Positions 30,946 through 41,690 of a DNA stretch of 64,000 nucleotides are shown piece after piece; the stretch's first letter is position 1, and each line of letters starts with the position of its first letter. This stretch comes from a bacterium (lineage in GTDB: Bacteria > UBA8248), in contig CBDBBI010000010.1 of NCBI GenBank assembly GCA_965202625.1, positions 2,816,001 to 2,880,000 of the forward strand, read 5' to 3'. The notes under the pieces were generated by a model, which saw only the letters and a list, made by a program, of their open reading frames with translations, made no database searches and was not told where the DNA came from. The position numbers and the translations under genes were made by a program.

Positions 30946-31467
30946 ATGTCTGAGAAAAGGATCATATCTTTCGTTCTCAACGGAGAACCCGTCGAGGTGC
31001 TGGTTCCCGTGAACCGCTACCTGGTGGACGTCATTCGGGAGGACCTCGGAATGATGGGCACCAAGCGCTCCTGCGATCAGGGTGTATGCGGCTCCTGTTC
31101 CGTCATCGTGGACGACGTGCTCATGAGCGCGTGCCTCATTCTGGCGGTTCGCGCCGATGGCGCGCGGGTCGAGACGATAGAAGGCGTCGGCGACATGGAG
31201 AACCTCCACCCCCTGCAAGCCGCCTTCGCCTCCTATGGCGCCACCCAGTGCGGCTACTGCACGCCGGGGATGATCGTCTCCGCCAAGAATCTGCTCGATG
31301 AGAATCCCGACCCCTCCGAGTCGGAAATTCAGCACTGGCTCACCGGAAACCTGTGCCGCTGCACCGGGTATCGCAAGATCATCGAGGCGATTCGCGCCGT
31401 GGCCGAGGGCAGGACGGAGCCCGAGGCTCCGATCTCCGTGCCCACGGTGAAGGCTTACGAGGATTAA
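30946..31467 (+). CDS. 2x[2Fe-2S] small subunit of the molybdo-hydroxylase family (CoxS-like)
   Basis: CDQGVCGSC..C, QCGYCTPG and GNLCRCTGY. Confidence 0.92.
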   Translation: MSEKRIISFVLNGEPVEVLVPVNRYLVDVIREDLGMMGTKRSCDQGVCGSCSVIVDDVLMSACLILAVRADGARVETIEGVGDMENLHPLQAAFASYGATQCGYCTPGMIVSAKNLLDENPDPSESEIQHWLTGNLCRCTGYRKIIEAIRAVAEGRTEPEAPISVPTVKAYED

Positions 31468-31509
31468 CCGCCTTCTTATCCCTTATCCGCCGCAAGCCGG
31501 GAGGCCGAC

Positions 31510-31965
31510 ATGAAGCGCATGATCGAGCACGTCGCCCTGCGGGTGACGGACCTTGATCGCTCCATAGCCTTCTACCGGGACGTCATGGGCCTTGCCCCTG
31601 TGGGGCGGCGGGCGATTCATGACGGCGAGATAGAGCAGGTCGTCTTTCGGGTGGGCGAGGACGTTCTCGTCCTCTTTCGTTCAGACGTCTTCGTCTCGCA
31701 GGACCCGGACGTCAAGGGCGGCATGGATCATCTCGCCTTTTGTCTCGACGACGCGGAATACCACGCCGTCATCAAGCGCCTGCGCGCGAGCGGCCGGACG
31801 CCCCATAGGGGCGAGGAGAAGAATCTGGGCGCCTTCGGAGTGGGCTACGCCACCTATTTTTACGATCCTGACAACGTCGAGATCGAGATCAAGCGCTATG
31901 ACGATCCTCCCGAGCAGCCGGGCCCCGAATGGTATGAGAGCGGCCGGAAGATGGCCGCTTCATAA
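31510..31965 (+). CDS. VOC/glyoxalase-family protein
   Basis: EHVALRV..FY, DHLAF and YFYDPDNVEIE. Confidence 0.85.
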   Translation: MKRMIEHVALRVTDLDRSIAFYRDVMGLAPVGRRAIHDGEIEQVVFRVGEDVLVLFRSDVFVSQDPDVKGGMDHLAFCLDDAEYHAVIKRLRASGRTPHRGEEKNLGAFGVGYATYFYDPDNVEIEIKRYDDPPEQPGPEWYESGRKMAAS

Positions 31966-32265
31966 CTTCCCGCGCTCTCGCGGCATAAACTCCTAAGACT
32001 TGCAAGGACGCTGCGCGCCAGCGCGCGGGCGGCCAGAACGGCGCGCCTGATCAACGCGATAGTTCCTTGAGACGCCAACGTTGTTTTCAACAAGCGCTTT
32101 GCAAGTCGGCGCAGATAGCCCGCGACGCTCAGTCGGCGCGACTTTATTTGGGTGAGACGCCGAGGCGATCGCAGCTGTTTTTGAGGCGAGATGCTTCAAA
32201 ACTCCTGTATAATCCTCCCCTGTTCATGCGCGTCTCATATTCCATTTCGCGGAAGGAGAGGACCG

Positions 32266-33153
32266 ATGGAGCGAAAGCGAGCGAGCGATTTCGATCAAGA
32301 ATTGCTGAACTTGTTTGATTCCTACGTGCACGGCGTCATTGAGCGCAGGGAGTTTCTCGACAAGGCGGCGAAATTCGCCGTGGGGGGACTCACCGCCGCC
32401 GCCCTGCTTGATGTGCTCTCGCCCGATTACGCGCAGGCCAGGCAGGTGGATGAGAACGACGCGCGTATTCAGGGCGCGACGATCGTCTACCCCTCGCCAA
32501 AGGGCCACGGCGAGGTCAAAGGTTATCTCGTTCGTCCGGCGGGCGGAGGCAAGCGCGGCGGCGTGGTCGTCGTGCATGAGAACAGGGGGCTGAACCCCTA
32601 CGTCGCCGACGTCGCCCGGCGCGTCGCCGTGGCCGGCTTCACCGCCCTTGCGCCCGACGGCCTCACGCCCCTGGGAGGCTACCCCGGCAACGACCCCGAT
32701 GGCAGGACGATGCAGCGAAAACTCGACAAGGCGAAGCTGCTGGAGGATTTCTTCGCCGCCTTCGAGCATTTGAAGGCCGACGCGAACGCGAACGGCAGGG
32801 TAGGCGTGGTCGGTTTCTGCTACGGCGGCGGCGTCTCAAACGCCATGGCCGTCCACAAGCCCGACCTGGCTGCGGCCGTTCCCTTCTACGGCCGCCAGGC
32901 GAAGGCCTCAGACGTCCCCAGAATCCAGGCGCCCCTTCTGCTCCACTACGCCGAGCTCGATCAGCGCATCAACAAGGGATGGCCCGCCTATGAAGCCGCG
33001 CTCAAAAAGCACGGCAAGGAATACACGGCGCATTTCTATCCCAAGGCCAACCATGGTTTTCACAACGACACCACGCCGCGCTACGACAAGGACGCCGCCG
33101 AACTCGCCTGGGAGCGGACGATTCGGTTTTTCCGAAAAAATCTTGAGGCCTGA
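32266..33153 (+). CDS. Dienelactone hydrolase family (YghX-like)
   Basis: [23 protein letters not shown] and [11 protein letters not shown]. Confidence 0.9.
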   Translation: MERKRASDFDQELLNLFDSYVHGVIERREFLDKAAKFAVGGLTAAALLDVLSPDYAQARQVDENDARIQGATIVYPSPKGHGEVKGYLVRPAGGGKRGGVVVVHENRGLNPYVADVARRVAVAGFTALAPDGLTPLGGYPGNDPDGRTMQRKLDKAKLLEDFFAAFEHLKADANANGRVGVVGFCYGGGVSNAMAVHKPDLAAAVPFYGRQAKASDVPRIQAPLLLHYAELDQRINKGWPAYEAALKKHGKEYTAHFYPKANHGFHNDTTPRYDKDAAELAWERTIRFFRKNLEA

Positions 33154-33259
33154 TCGGCGCGTGCGAACCAGGCGATGATGAGAAAAAGCGCACGAGCGGA
33201 GCTTTCTCGCTATCTCGCGCCGGCGGGCGTGTTGAAAGCCGTCGGCGCGAGACGCGCGC

Positions 33260-33703
33260 CTATTTCTTGATCGAGAGGAATTTGAGCACTACGCCGTCGG
33301 GGTCCTTGCAGAAGAATATCCTCGATCCCTGAATGGGGCCGCTCGGCACGGTGGCGGGGGCGGGCGAGCACATCACGGCGCCGGCGGATTTCAGCTTCGC
33401 ATAGAGAGCGTCGGCGTCGTCCACCACGAAACCGATTTGCGCGCAGCCGGGGTTGTTGGGCGCAGTGTCTATCGGGGCGCCCGGGGCGCCCTTGTATTCC
33501 ATGAGCTCAAGGTGCAGCCCGTGCCCGCCCATGTGCGCCACCCGAAGGTGCGCTCCCGCCACGCCCGTCACCTGGGCGGAGAAGGCGGGTGTTCGTTCCG
33601 AGTCCGATTCCACCTCAAAGCCCAGGTTCTCGGCGTACCACTTCGATGATGCGCTCACGTCTCTCACCGTCAGGGATACGTTGTGAAAACGTTGAATATC
33701 CAT
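33260..33703 (-). CDS. VOC/glyoxalase-family protein
   Basis: HNVSLTV, LELMEY and KDPDG. Confidence 0.8.
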   Translation of the reverse strand: MDIQRFHNVSLTVRDVSASSKWYAENLGFEVESDSERTPAFSAQVTGVAGAHLRVAHMGGHGLHLELMEYKGAPGAPIDTAPNNPGCAQIGFVVDDADALYAKLKSAGAVMCSPAPATVPSGPIQGSRIFFCKDPDGVVLKFLSIKK

Positions 33704-33796
33704 AGGCGCTCTCTCCTGTCAGCCTGTGAAAACAACCCTCTCTGGCGCGCGATGAGAGGGCGTCTCGCCGCCCATGCGCGCACCCGCCATTGTTCC

Positions 33797-34192
33797 CTAT
33801 TCGGATGCGGTTTTCGACTTGAGTTCCAGCGCGGCCGAGTTCATGCAGTAGCGCTGGCCGGTGGGCGGCGGGCCGTCTGGAAACACGTGCCCCAGGTGCG
33901 CGTCGCAGGCCGCGCACACCACCTCCACCCGGCGCATCCAGAGCGATTTGTCCTCTACCTCGCCCACGCGCTCAGGCTTGAGAGGCGCATAGAAGCTCGG
34001 CCACCCCGTGCCGGACTCGAACTTGGCATCCGAGGCGAACAGCTCCGCCCCGCAACACGCGCAGGCGTATACGCCTTCCTCATGACAATCCCAGTATTTT
34101 CCGCTGAAGGCGCGCTCGGTTCCCCCCCGCCGCGTGACGCGATACTGCTCCTTCGTCAGTCGTTCTCGCCACTCCTCGTCGGTTTTTTTCAT
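33797..34192 (-). CDS. msrB: Peptide-methionine (R)-S-oxide reductase
   Basis: [23 protein letters not shown] and RYCMNS, plus two CxxC Zn motifs. Confidence 0.95.
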   Translation of the reverse strand: MKKTDEEWRERLTKEQYRVTRRGGTERAFSGKYWDCHEEGVYACACCGAELFASDAKFESGTGWPSFYAPLKPERVGEVEDKSLWMRRVEVVCAACDAHLGHVFPDGPPPTGQRYCMNSAALELKSKTASE

Positions 34193-34396
34193 CCTTCCAC
34201 CTCTCCATGCGGGTGCGCGCGCCGCAGGCCGCCGCCTTCGGCGATGCCTGTCAAGCGTCCGCCGCCCCTCAAATAAACGGCGTCTCAAGACTCGGCATTG
34301 TAATACGGAAGCGCCCTTCTGAAAACGCGCATCCGGTGAGGACTTTCCGACGTGCGGCTGGTTCGCCCTTTCCGCTCCGCGCGAGGCGGGGCCGCA

Positions 34397-35665
34397 TCAA
34401 CCGAGCCTTGCGCCGCAAATCGAGAGCGCGGCGGCGAGATAGACCTTCGCCGCGGTCATGACGTCCTTGAGGAAAACGTGCTCTCCCACGGCGTGCATCC
34501 GCCCCTTTTTCCCGGCTTCCGGGCGCATCCGCCCGCCGGGGCCATAGCAGACGCACGGAACGTCGTAGCGGTTGAAGTGCGTGGAGTCCGCCGCAGGTCT
34601 TCTGATGACGAGGGGCGAGGCCTCGCCCGTGATTTCCTCGTGCGCCTGCAAGACCGCCCGCACGATGGGGGCGTCCTCGTCAAGGCGCGTGGGCGGGTCG
34701 TTCACGTAAAAGGAAAGCGCGGGCTCCGCGCCGACGTCCTCCGCCGCCTCCCTGAGCGCGCCGCGCAGCTCGCGCTTGACGTCCTCCGTGTTCTGTCCCG
34801 GCACGGTGCGGATGTCCAGATACAGGCTCGCCTCGGCCGGGTTTCGGGACAGACGCCAGGGCCAGCCGCCCCGAATGGCGGCTATCGTCACGTTCGGGTG
34901 CTCTCCCATGCAGGAAGCCCTCGATTCGTAATCGGCTATCCACCTCTCGACGACGGTTTGTATCTTGTGGATGGAGCGCACGGCGTTGACGATTTCCGGG
35001 CGGTTCGAGAGCGCGCTGTGGCTTATCGTGCCCTTGGCGGTGATCTTCGCCCACACCACGCCCATGTTGGCGTTTGAGACCTTGAGCCCCGTAGGTTCGG
35101 CCAGAATGGCGCAGTCCGCCGTCGCGCCGTGCAGGATGAGGTGGCGCGTGCCCGTCCCGTAGCCGGCGTAGGATGGACCCGAGAATTCATCGACGGGCGC
35201 TTTTTCTATCTCGCCCACGACGCCCGCCATCGAGACGTCTCCGCGCAGGGCGACTTCCTCCAGGCAGAGGGCCTCGACGGCTGCCAGTGCTCCCGCCAGC
35301 CCGCTTTTCATGTTGTTGGCCCCAAGTCCCCATATCCAGCCGTTTTCGTGAATCGCCCTGGGCTTGAAGCCCGCGCCCGTGAGGTAATCCTCATTCCCGT
35401 CGTAGGAGGTGTCCATGTGTCCGGTGAGCAGGAGGTTCGCGCCATCGCCCGCCCCTTCCCTCACGCCGACCGCGTTTGGCCTGCCGGGTCCGACCTCCTG
35501 AAGCGCGGTTCTCATGCCCGCCCGCGCCATGCGGTCCGCCAGATAGCGCGCCATTTCCGCCTCTCCGCCCGTGGGACTCGGAATGTCCACCATGTCCGTC
35601 AGGGAGGCGCGCAGGGCGTCCTCGGTGATGTGGCGCGCGCATCGCGCAAAGTCGGGGTGCGGCAT
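34397..35665 (-). CDS. M20-family metallo-hydrolase (ArgE/DapE-like, divergent ligands)
   Basis: GHMDT, GLGANNMKSG, GE, AEPT and a C-terminal H..GE. Confidence 0.82.
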   Translation of the reverse strand: MPHPDFARCARHITEDALRASLTDMVDIPSPTGGEAEMARYLADRMARAGMRTALQEVGPGRPNAVGVREGAGDGANLLLTGHMDTSYDGNEDYLTGAGFKPRAIHENGWIWGLGANNMKSGLAGALAAVEALCLEEVALRGDVSMAGVVGEIEKAPVDEFSGPSYAGYGTGTRHLILHGATADCAILAEPTGLKVSNANMGVVWAKITAKGTISHSALSNRPEIVNAVRSIHKIQTVVERWIADYESRASCMGEHPNVTIAAIRGGWPWRLSRNPAEASLYLDIRTVPGQNTEDVKRELRGALREAAEDVGAEPALSFYVNDPPTRLDEDAPIVRAVLQAHEEITGEASPLVIRRPAADSTHFNRYDVPCVCYGPGGRMRPEAGKKGRMHAVGEHVFLKDVMTAAKVYLAAALSICGARLG

Positions 35666-36061
35666 CGGCTGTTCTCTCCTCGCTTTCAAAACGCTCCAGA
35701 CGTCTCCACCCTATCATGGACGCGCCGTTCTTCCATGCGGGTGACTCCCTCGGCGGTGCCCATTTCGACCGCAGCGTTCTTGTCTGACGACGCCGGAAAG
35801 ATCATCAAAAGGCGAGGGGAGCGGATGAATCCAAAACCAGACGGGATGGGATGAGGAAGGCATAAGGCGTTTTCGGGCAAGTAGGGAGGATTTCTGAGGG
35901 GGAAGAGCCTGCTCGGCAGGCGAGGAAGCGGGTGCCCCGGCATCTCCGGCCCGCCGTTTGCGATCGACGGGTGAATCCACTTAAAGTGCCTAGCGCGTTT
36001 TCGTCGGAGTATGCGCCTGGGCGCGGGATGACGCTCGGCGTCAGGGAGGAGTTCCTCGGGT

Positions 36062-36457
36062 ATGAAGCGGGCGTTGACGGCGGGGCTTTTTCTGGCGGCG
36101 GGGTTCGCTCTGCTCGTGATGCTGACGAAGCGGCCGGCACCGCCAAGGCCGCCCCAGGCGTCTGTGCCTGTGGACGCGGTGCAAGTAAGCCAGGGAAAGA
36201 CGCTGTTCGCGCGCCACTGTATGCGCTGTCATGGACCGGAGGCCAAAGGCTCCCGAATCGGCCCGCCCCTGGTGCACCGGATATACGCGCCCTCCCACCA
36301 TGCGGACGCAGCCTTCCTCCTTGCGGTCGCGCGCGGAGTGAAGAGCCACCACTGGGAGTTCGGCGACATGGCGCCCGTTCCGGGCGTCGCGCCGGCCGAC
36401 GTGCGGCTGATCGTGAAATACGTGCGCTGGCTCCAAAGGGCGGCTGGAATTTTTTAG
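36062..36457 (+). CDS. Small monoheme cytochrome c
   Basis: N-terminal anchor, CMRCH and PPLVH..HH..HHWEFGDM. Confidence 0.85.
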   Translation: MKRALTAGLFLAAGFALLVMLTKRPAPPRPPQASVPVDAVQVSQGKTLFARHCMRCHGPEAKGSRIGPPLVHRIYAPSHHADAAFLLAVARGVKSHHWEFGDMAPVPGVAPADVRLIVKYVRWLQRAAGIF

Positions 36458-36474
36458 GCGGAGGATGCGGCCTG

Positions 36475-37809
36475 ATGAACGAGCGAGAACTCCATCGGCT
36501 GAGGAGAAAGCGTCTGAGGCGCATGGTCGCCCTCTGCGGACGGGCGCACCCCTTCTACAAGCGTCGTTTCGCCGAGGCGAACCTCATCCCTGATGCGATC
36601 AAGGAGATCGACGACCTCGAAAAAATCCCCCTGACGCGCAAGGAGGATTTCATGGCGGCGCCGGAAGATTTTACCCTTGACCCCGCCTGTCTGCCCGAGC
36701 TCCCTTTCGAGGAGCGGACGATGTGGAACGTGGCCTACACCACGGGTACCACGAGCGGACGGCCGTCCCCTTTTTACAACACCACGCACGATCAATACCA
36801 CATCATGCTCCAGGCGCGCGTCTGCAACGAGGTGGAGGGCTTGCGGGCGGGAGACCTCATCGCCAATCTCTACCCGCTCTCGCCCATGCCTCTGGGCGGG
36901 TTTCTCTGCTGCGTGCGCTCCGCTGAAATCATGGGCCTGCCCGTGGTGAGCGCGCTGACGGGCGCGCCCCATCCGGAATATCCGGTGCGCAGGTCTCTCG
37001 ATGCGGCCATCGACGTCGCCTCCGAGGCCACGGTCATCTGGGGGGTGCCGAGTTTCGTCCGTCGTTTTTTGAGAAGGGCGCGGGAGCGGGGGGACGGAAA
37101 GCTCTCCCGCGCGCGCATGGTGCTCACCACGGGCGAGGCCGTGAGCGACGCCCTGCGCGAGGAGTATATGGATCACCTCGCGTATTTCGGCGCGCGCGAC
37201 CCGCAGGTGCGGGCGCGCTACGCGGCGACGGAGATGCAGGGCGGCTTCGTCCAGTGCGCGAACGGGGCGGTGCCGCACAACGTGACGCCCGAATTGTATC
37301 TGCTTGAGGTGGTGTGCCCGAAGACGGGTCGGCGCGCCGAAGAGGGAGAGGAAGGGGCTATCGCCCTCACGCACTTACACCGCAGGGGTACGGTGCTTCT
37401 GCGCTATCTCATCGGAGACCTCATCGCGCTGCGGTGGGAGCCTTGCCCGGTTTGCGGCCGCCTGGGCGAGCGGATCGCCCGTCCGCCAAGGAGAACGGGC
37501 GACCTCCTGAAGGTGCGCGGAATGTTGCTGAACCCGGATATCATTTTCGACCTTCTGGGAAAAGAGCGGGCGATTCGGGAGTTTCAAATCAGGATTCGCA
37601 AGTCGATCCCCGATGACGCGGAATCCATGGACGAGATGGTCATTCGTCTGGAGACGTCGGACGCGGAGCGGGAGAGGCTCGGCGCCTCCTTGCCGAAAAG
37701 GGTGAGAGAGGCCGTGATGATACGGCCGCTTCTTGAGTTCGCCGCACCGGGCGCGATTCACGACCCGATGCGCGACGTGAAGGCGCGCCGCCTGGTGGAT
37801 GAGCGATGA
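36475..37809 (+). CDS. Phenylacetate-CoA ligase-family AMP-binding enzyme
   Basis: YTTGTTSGRP, YAATE, LRYLIGD and KVRG. Confidence 0.85.
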   Translation: MNERELHRLRRKRLRRMVALCGRAHPFYKRRFAEANLIPDAIKEIDDLEKIPLTRKEDFMAAPEDFTLDPACLPELPFEERTMWNVAYTTGTTSGRPSPFYNTTHDQYHIMLQARVCNEVEGLRAGDLIANLYPLSPMPLGGFLCCVRSAEIMGLPVVSALTGAPHPEYPVRRSLDAAIDVASEATVIWGVPSFVRRFLRRARERGDGKLSRARMVLTTGEAVSDALREEYMDHLAYFGARDPQVRARYAATEMQGGFVQCANGAVPHNVTPELYLLEVVCPKTGRRAEEGEEGAIALTHLHRRGTVLLRYLIGDLIALRWEPCPVCGRLGERIARPPRRTGDLLKVRGMLLNPDIIFDLLGKERAIREFQIRIRKSIPDDAESMDEMVIRLETSDAERERLGASLPKRVREAVMIRPLLEFAAPGAIHDPMRDVKARRLVDER

Positions 37810-37877
37810 GTCTGGACGCGCCGCCCCGGAAGATATTGTATTTTCTGAATGGGGCGATGGGTTTCCGTCCCGAATCC

Positions 37878-38585
37878 CTAGACGCCCAGATACCGCAAGC
37901 GGGTTTCCTGATCCGCAAGTAGATCGGCGGAGGCGCCCTCCCACTGGATGACGCCCTTCTCGATCAGGTAGGCGCGCGTGGTGATGTGGAGCGCCATGCG
38001 GAAGTTCTGCTCCACGAGCAGGATGGCGATTCCCTTTTTCTGAATCTCCATCAGCACGTTCTCGATGGTCTCCACGTAGGCCGGCATCAGCCCCTCGGTG
38101 GGCTCGTCCACCATGATGAGCTTCGGCTCCGTGCCGAGACCCCGCGCCATGGTGAGCATCTGCTGCTCGCCGCCGCTCAACTGGTTCCCCTTGTTGTTGA
38201 TGCGCTCCTTGAGGCGCGGGAAGAGGGAGAAAATCCAGTCGAGATGCGCGTCCAGGTTCCGGGCGCCGTCGATGGGAATGCGGCTGATCTTGATGTTCTC
38301 GTAAACCGTGAGGTTGGTGAACACCTGGCGGTCTTCGGGAATCCATGAAATCCCCGCCAGAGAGACGGTGTGCGCCTCCGCCTCGGTGATGTCGTTTCCC
38401 TCCATGGCGATCCTGCCGCTTCGAGGCGTGAGCAGCCCCATTATCGTCTTCATGGTGGTGGACTTGCCCGCCCCGTTTCTGCCGAGGAAAGCCACCGCCT
38501 CGCCTTCGCCCACCTGGAGGCTCAGGTCGTGCAGCACGTGGCTCAGGCCGTAGAACGTGTTGATGGAATCGACTTCCAGCATCAT
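37878..38585 (-). CDS. ABC ATPase, LivF-like
   Basis: GRNGAGKST, LSGGEQQML and DEPTEGL. Confidence 0.93.
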   Translation of the reverse strand: MMLEVDSINTFYGLSHVLHDLSLQVGEGEAVAFLGRNGAGKSTTMKTIMGLLTPRSGRIAMEGNDITEAEAHTVSLAGISWIPEDRQVFTNLTVYENIKISRIPIDGARNLDAHLDWIFSLFPRLKERINNKGNQLSGGEQQMLTMARGLGTEPKLIMVDEPTEGLMPAYVETIENVLMEIQKKGIAILLVEQNFRMALHITTRAYLIEKGVIQWEGASADLLADQETRLRYLGV

Positions 38586-39316
38586 TCCCTCAGATATACG
38601 CGCTGGACATCAGCGTTCGCGCGCACTTCCTCCACCGTTCCGTCGGCGAGGAAAGCGCCGTTGTGCAGGACGGTGATCTTGTCTGAAATGCCCAGCACCA
38701 CCTCCATGTCGTGCTCCACGAGCACGATGGTCAGCGGATCCGCCAGGCTTTTGATGAACTCGCCCGTCTGAATCGTCTCCTCGGGACTCATGCCCGCCGT
38801 CGGCTCGTCCAGCAGAAGCAGCTTGGGGTCGGTGGCGAGCGCGATTCCAATTTCCAGATAGCGCTGCTCGCCGTGCGCGAGCGTTCCGGCGCGCTCGCCG
38901 CGCTTCTCCGTCATGTGGATGCGTTCGAGTATCTCGTCCGCCTTTTCTATCAGCTCCCGGTGGCTTGATATGGTTGACCACAGGTTGAACGTCGTCTTGC
39001 GCGATTGCGCGGCGATGCGGACGTTCTCCAGCACGCTCAGCTTCGGAAAGATGTTCGTGATCTGGTAGGTGCGTCCGATGCCCAGATGGGAGCGCGCATG
39101 GGCGGGCGTCTTCGATACGTCCCGCCCGTCGAAGAGCACCTGTCCCGACGTGGGAATGAGGTCGCCCGCGATCATGTTGAAGAAAGTCGTCTTTCCCGCC
39201 CCGTTCGGGCCGATGATGGAGCGCAGCTCGCCCGCCTCGACCGAATAGTCCACGCCGTCCACGGCGATGAGGGCGTCGAAGTGCTTGCTCAGGTTTTTCG
39301 TTTCCAGAATCGGCAT
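38582..39316 (-). CDS. ABC ATPase, LivG-like
   Basis: GPNGAGKTT, DEPTAGM and EHDM. Confidence 0.93.
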   Translation of the reverse strand: MPILETKNLSKHFDALIAVDGVDYSVEAGELRSIIGPNGAGKTTFFNMIAGDLIPTSGQVLFDGRDVSKTPAHARSHLGIGRTYQITNIFPKLSVLENVRIAAQSRKTTFNLWSTISSHRELIEKADEILERIHMTEKRGERAGTLAHGEQRYLEIGIALATDPKLLLLDEPTAGMSPEETIQTGEFIKSLADPLTIVLVEHDMEVVLGISDKITVLHNGAFLADGTVEEVRANADVQRVYLRE

Positions 39317-39328
39317 GGCGCGCTTCCG

Positions 39329-40531
39329 CTATTCCGAATCGGCGGCCGCCTCGGCCGCTCCCGTTTTCGCCAGATACTTCTTCGCGCGATACTCGAGCGT
39401 CGCGTTGCGGATGGTGCCCAGAATGCCCGCGGGCACGAAGAGGACTATCAGCACGAAGATGCCGCCCACCCACGCCTCCCAGTACTGGAATATGGCGAGG
39501 TATTTCACGAACTCCACGCTCATCAGCTGCCTCAAATACCAGTAGATGAACGATCCCACCGCGGGGCCCAGAAAGACGCCCGCCCCGCCGAAGAGGGTGA
39601 TGATGACGATTTGCCCCGACGTGATGAAGTGGATGTTCTCAATCGGCACCGTCTCGCCGTATATGATCGCCAGCGCGCCGGCGACTCCCGATACGGCCCC
39701 GCTCATCGTGAACGCCATGAGCCGGACCTTCGCCACGTCGTAGCCGCAGATGCGGGCGCGGTTCTCGTTTTCCCGAATCGCCCGCAGAACGTGGCCGAAC
39801 GGCGAGCGCAGCGTCTGCCAGATGACGGCGATGAAGATGACGCTTATGAAATAGACGAAATAATAGGTGATGTTGGCGTCCATGATGCCCACGCGCAGGC
39901 CGATGAAGCCCAGCCGCATGTTCTCCAGGCCGCCCAGGCCGTCCGTTCCTCCGGTGAGGTCGTCGAACGTCTGCGCGGAGTAGTAGAAGATCATGCTGAT
40001 GGAGAGGGTGACCATGGCGAAATACACCCCGCGCTTCGAGCTGCAAATGGTGCCGATGAGCCAGGCGACCAGGGTGGAGACGACCACGCAGGTGATGAGG
40101 GATATTTCCAGGGGCAGCGCCCTGAAGGCGCTGACCATCCAGTCGGGGGCGTAGGTCCCGGGCTTGATCCAGGCGTGCATGATGCCCACGGTGTAGCCGC
40201 CCACTCCGAAGAACGCGCAGTGCCCCAGACTGAGCATTCCGGTGTTGCCGAGCAGGATGTTGAAGGCGATGCCGAACAGCGTGTAGATGAGAATCTGGAT
40301 CATCAGGGGCGTGCTCGGCACGAAGCCGCGAATCTCCGTGACGATCTCGGCGGTCGCCTCCCAGTCGTTGTCCTCAAGCCAGATGATTGATTCGTTGAGG
40401 CTGTCGAACATGAACGGGTAGAGCATGAGGGCGCCGGCGAGGATCAGAATGCCGTAGTTGTCGAACACCTCCGAGAGCCAGGCCCAAAACTCTTTGGGGG
40501 TGAAGCGGTTTTTCGTAGCGGCGATGTCCAA
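39329..40531 (-). CDS. ABC permease, LivM-like
   Basis: SLGH..FFG, YFAMVTL and AIRENE. Confidence 0.9.
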   Translation of the reverse strand: MDIAATKNRFTPKEFWAWLSEVFDNYGILILAGALMLYPFMFDSLNESIIWLEDNDWEATAEIVTEIRGFVPSTPLMIQILIYTLFGIAFNILLGNTGMLSLGHCAFFGVGGYTVGIMHAWIKPGTYAPDWMVSAFRALPLEISLITCVVVSTLVAWLIGTICSSKRGVYFAMVTLSISMIFYYSAQTFDDLTGGTDGLGGLENMRLGFIGLRVGIMDANITYYFVYFISVIFIAVIWQTLRSPFGHVLRAIRENENRARICGYDVAKVRLMAFTMSGAVSGVAGALAIIYGETVPIENIHFITSGQIVIITLFGGAGVFLGPAVGSFIYWYLRQLMSVEFVKYLAIFQYWEAWVGGIFVLIVLFVPAGILGTIRNATLEYRAKKYLAKTGAAEAAADSE

Positions 40532-40563
40532 TTTACGAATTTCTCCCGAGACGGAGCTGAATT

Positions 40564-41547
40564 TTAGTCAAAAGCGCCTTCTTGGCCGAACAACCCTCTT
40601 GGTCTCAAGAGAAGTATTACCGCCATCACGATGAACAGCAGAATGTCGGACGCCTTTTCCCAGAAGTCGGGGCCAATCACCGTGCCCGTCAAGTTTTGCA
40701 CCACGTATTGGGTTCTGCCCACCAGGGGGGTGAGCGCCCAGAGCTGGCCCAGAATCAGTCCGCCGATCACGGGTCCGATGAAGCTCCCCATGCCGCCGAC
40801 CACGACCACGATGAACGTCTGCACCAGAATCAGCTCGCCCATCGTGGCGTCCACGGCGAACAGGGGCGCTATCATGACGCCCGAGAATCCGGCGAGGGCG
40901 ATGCCGAGTCCGAACGTGAGCCGCCAGATGCGCGACACGTTGATGCCCAGAACCTTCACCATCGTGTTGTTGTTCGTGCCGGCGCGGATCATCATGCCCA
41001 GGTTCGTCTTGTAGATGAGCAGCCAGAGGAGGGTGACGAGAAGCGCCGCGGTGATGATCGTGAAGCTCCTGTAGGCCGTGATGTCGAGCGTGCCCGTCTT
41101 GATGAGGGAGAACTGGAACATCGGGGGAATGTTGAAGGGTTTTCCCGGCCGACCCCATATCAGGCGGACGAAGTCGGGCAGGAAGATCGACATGCCGAAC
41201 ATGATGAGCACGCCCGAGAACCGCTCGTTCTCCGTGTTGTAGATGTTGCTGATGACGTATTTCTCAAAAACCATCCCGATTCCGAACATGACCACCGGCA
41301 CGAGGGCGATGGCCATGACGAAGCCCAGGTTGGGCCCGAGAATCGGCGTGAAGATGAGGTTCGAGACCGTGAACCCCACGTACGCCCCCAGCATATAGAA
41401 AGCGCCGTGTCCGAAGTTGATGATTCCCATCAGCCCGAAGACGATGGAAAGGCCCAGTGCGAGGAGAACCCAGAAGGAACCCTGAACCAGCCCGAGAAAG
41501 AGGTGCTGGACGAACTCGGAGAATTCGATGCCGCCGCCGCTTGGCAA
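40564..41547 (-). CDS. ABC permease, LivH-like
   Basis: GIINFGHGAFYMLG, VVGGMGS and RPRGLFG. Confidence 0.9.
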   Translation of the reverse strand: MPSGGGIEFSEFVQHLFLGLVQGSFWVLLALGLSIVFGLMGIINFGHGAFYMLGAYVGFTVSNLIFTPILGPNLGFVMAIALVPVVMFGIGMVFEKYVISNIYNTENERFSGVLIMFGMSIFLPDFVRLIWGRPGKPFNIPPMFQFSLIKTGTLDITAYRSFTIITAALLVTLLWLLIYKTNLGMMIRAGTNNNTMVKVLGINVSRIWRLTFGLGIALAGFSGVMIAPLFAVDATMGELILVQTFIVVVVGGMGSFIGPVIGGLILGQLWALTPLVGRTQYVVQNLTGTVIGPDFWEKASDILLFIVMAVILLLRPRGLFGQEGAFD

Positions 41548-41690
41548 TGCAGGCTCCTCACAAGAGATGGGAAAGGCGCAAAAGTCCCCAATGAACCGGT
41601 GCGCTTCTCAAACGCCGAGGGGAAAGCAGGGAAAAGCCGAAGCGGCGGAACCTCCCGCCGCCCCGGCCGGCGTCACAGCGTCTTCGCTCC

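Noticed and set aside
32181-32213. Sigma70 promoter upstream of the dienelactone hydrolase gene
   Set aside because: TATAAT is present, but the TTGAGG -35 candidate is 21 bp away, which is too weak to call.
33797-34192. Selenocysteine form of MsrB
   Set aside because: The catalytic residue is an ordinary Cys (RYCMNS).
35932-36474. Long N-terminal extension of the CoA ligase ORF
   Set aside because: It overlaps the cytochrome c gene in another frame. The real start is likely 36475.
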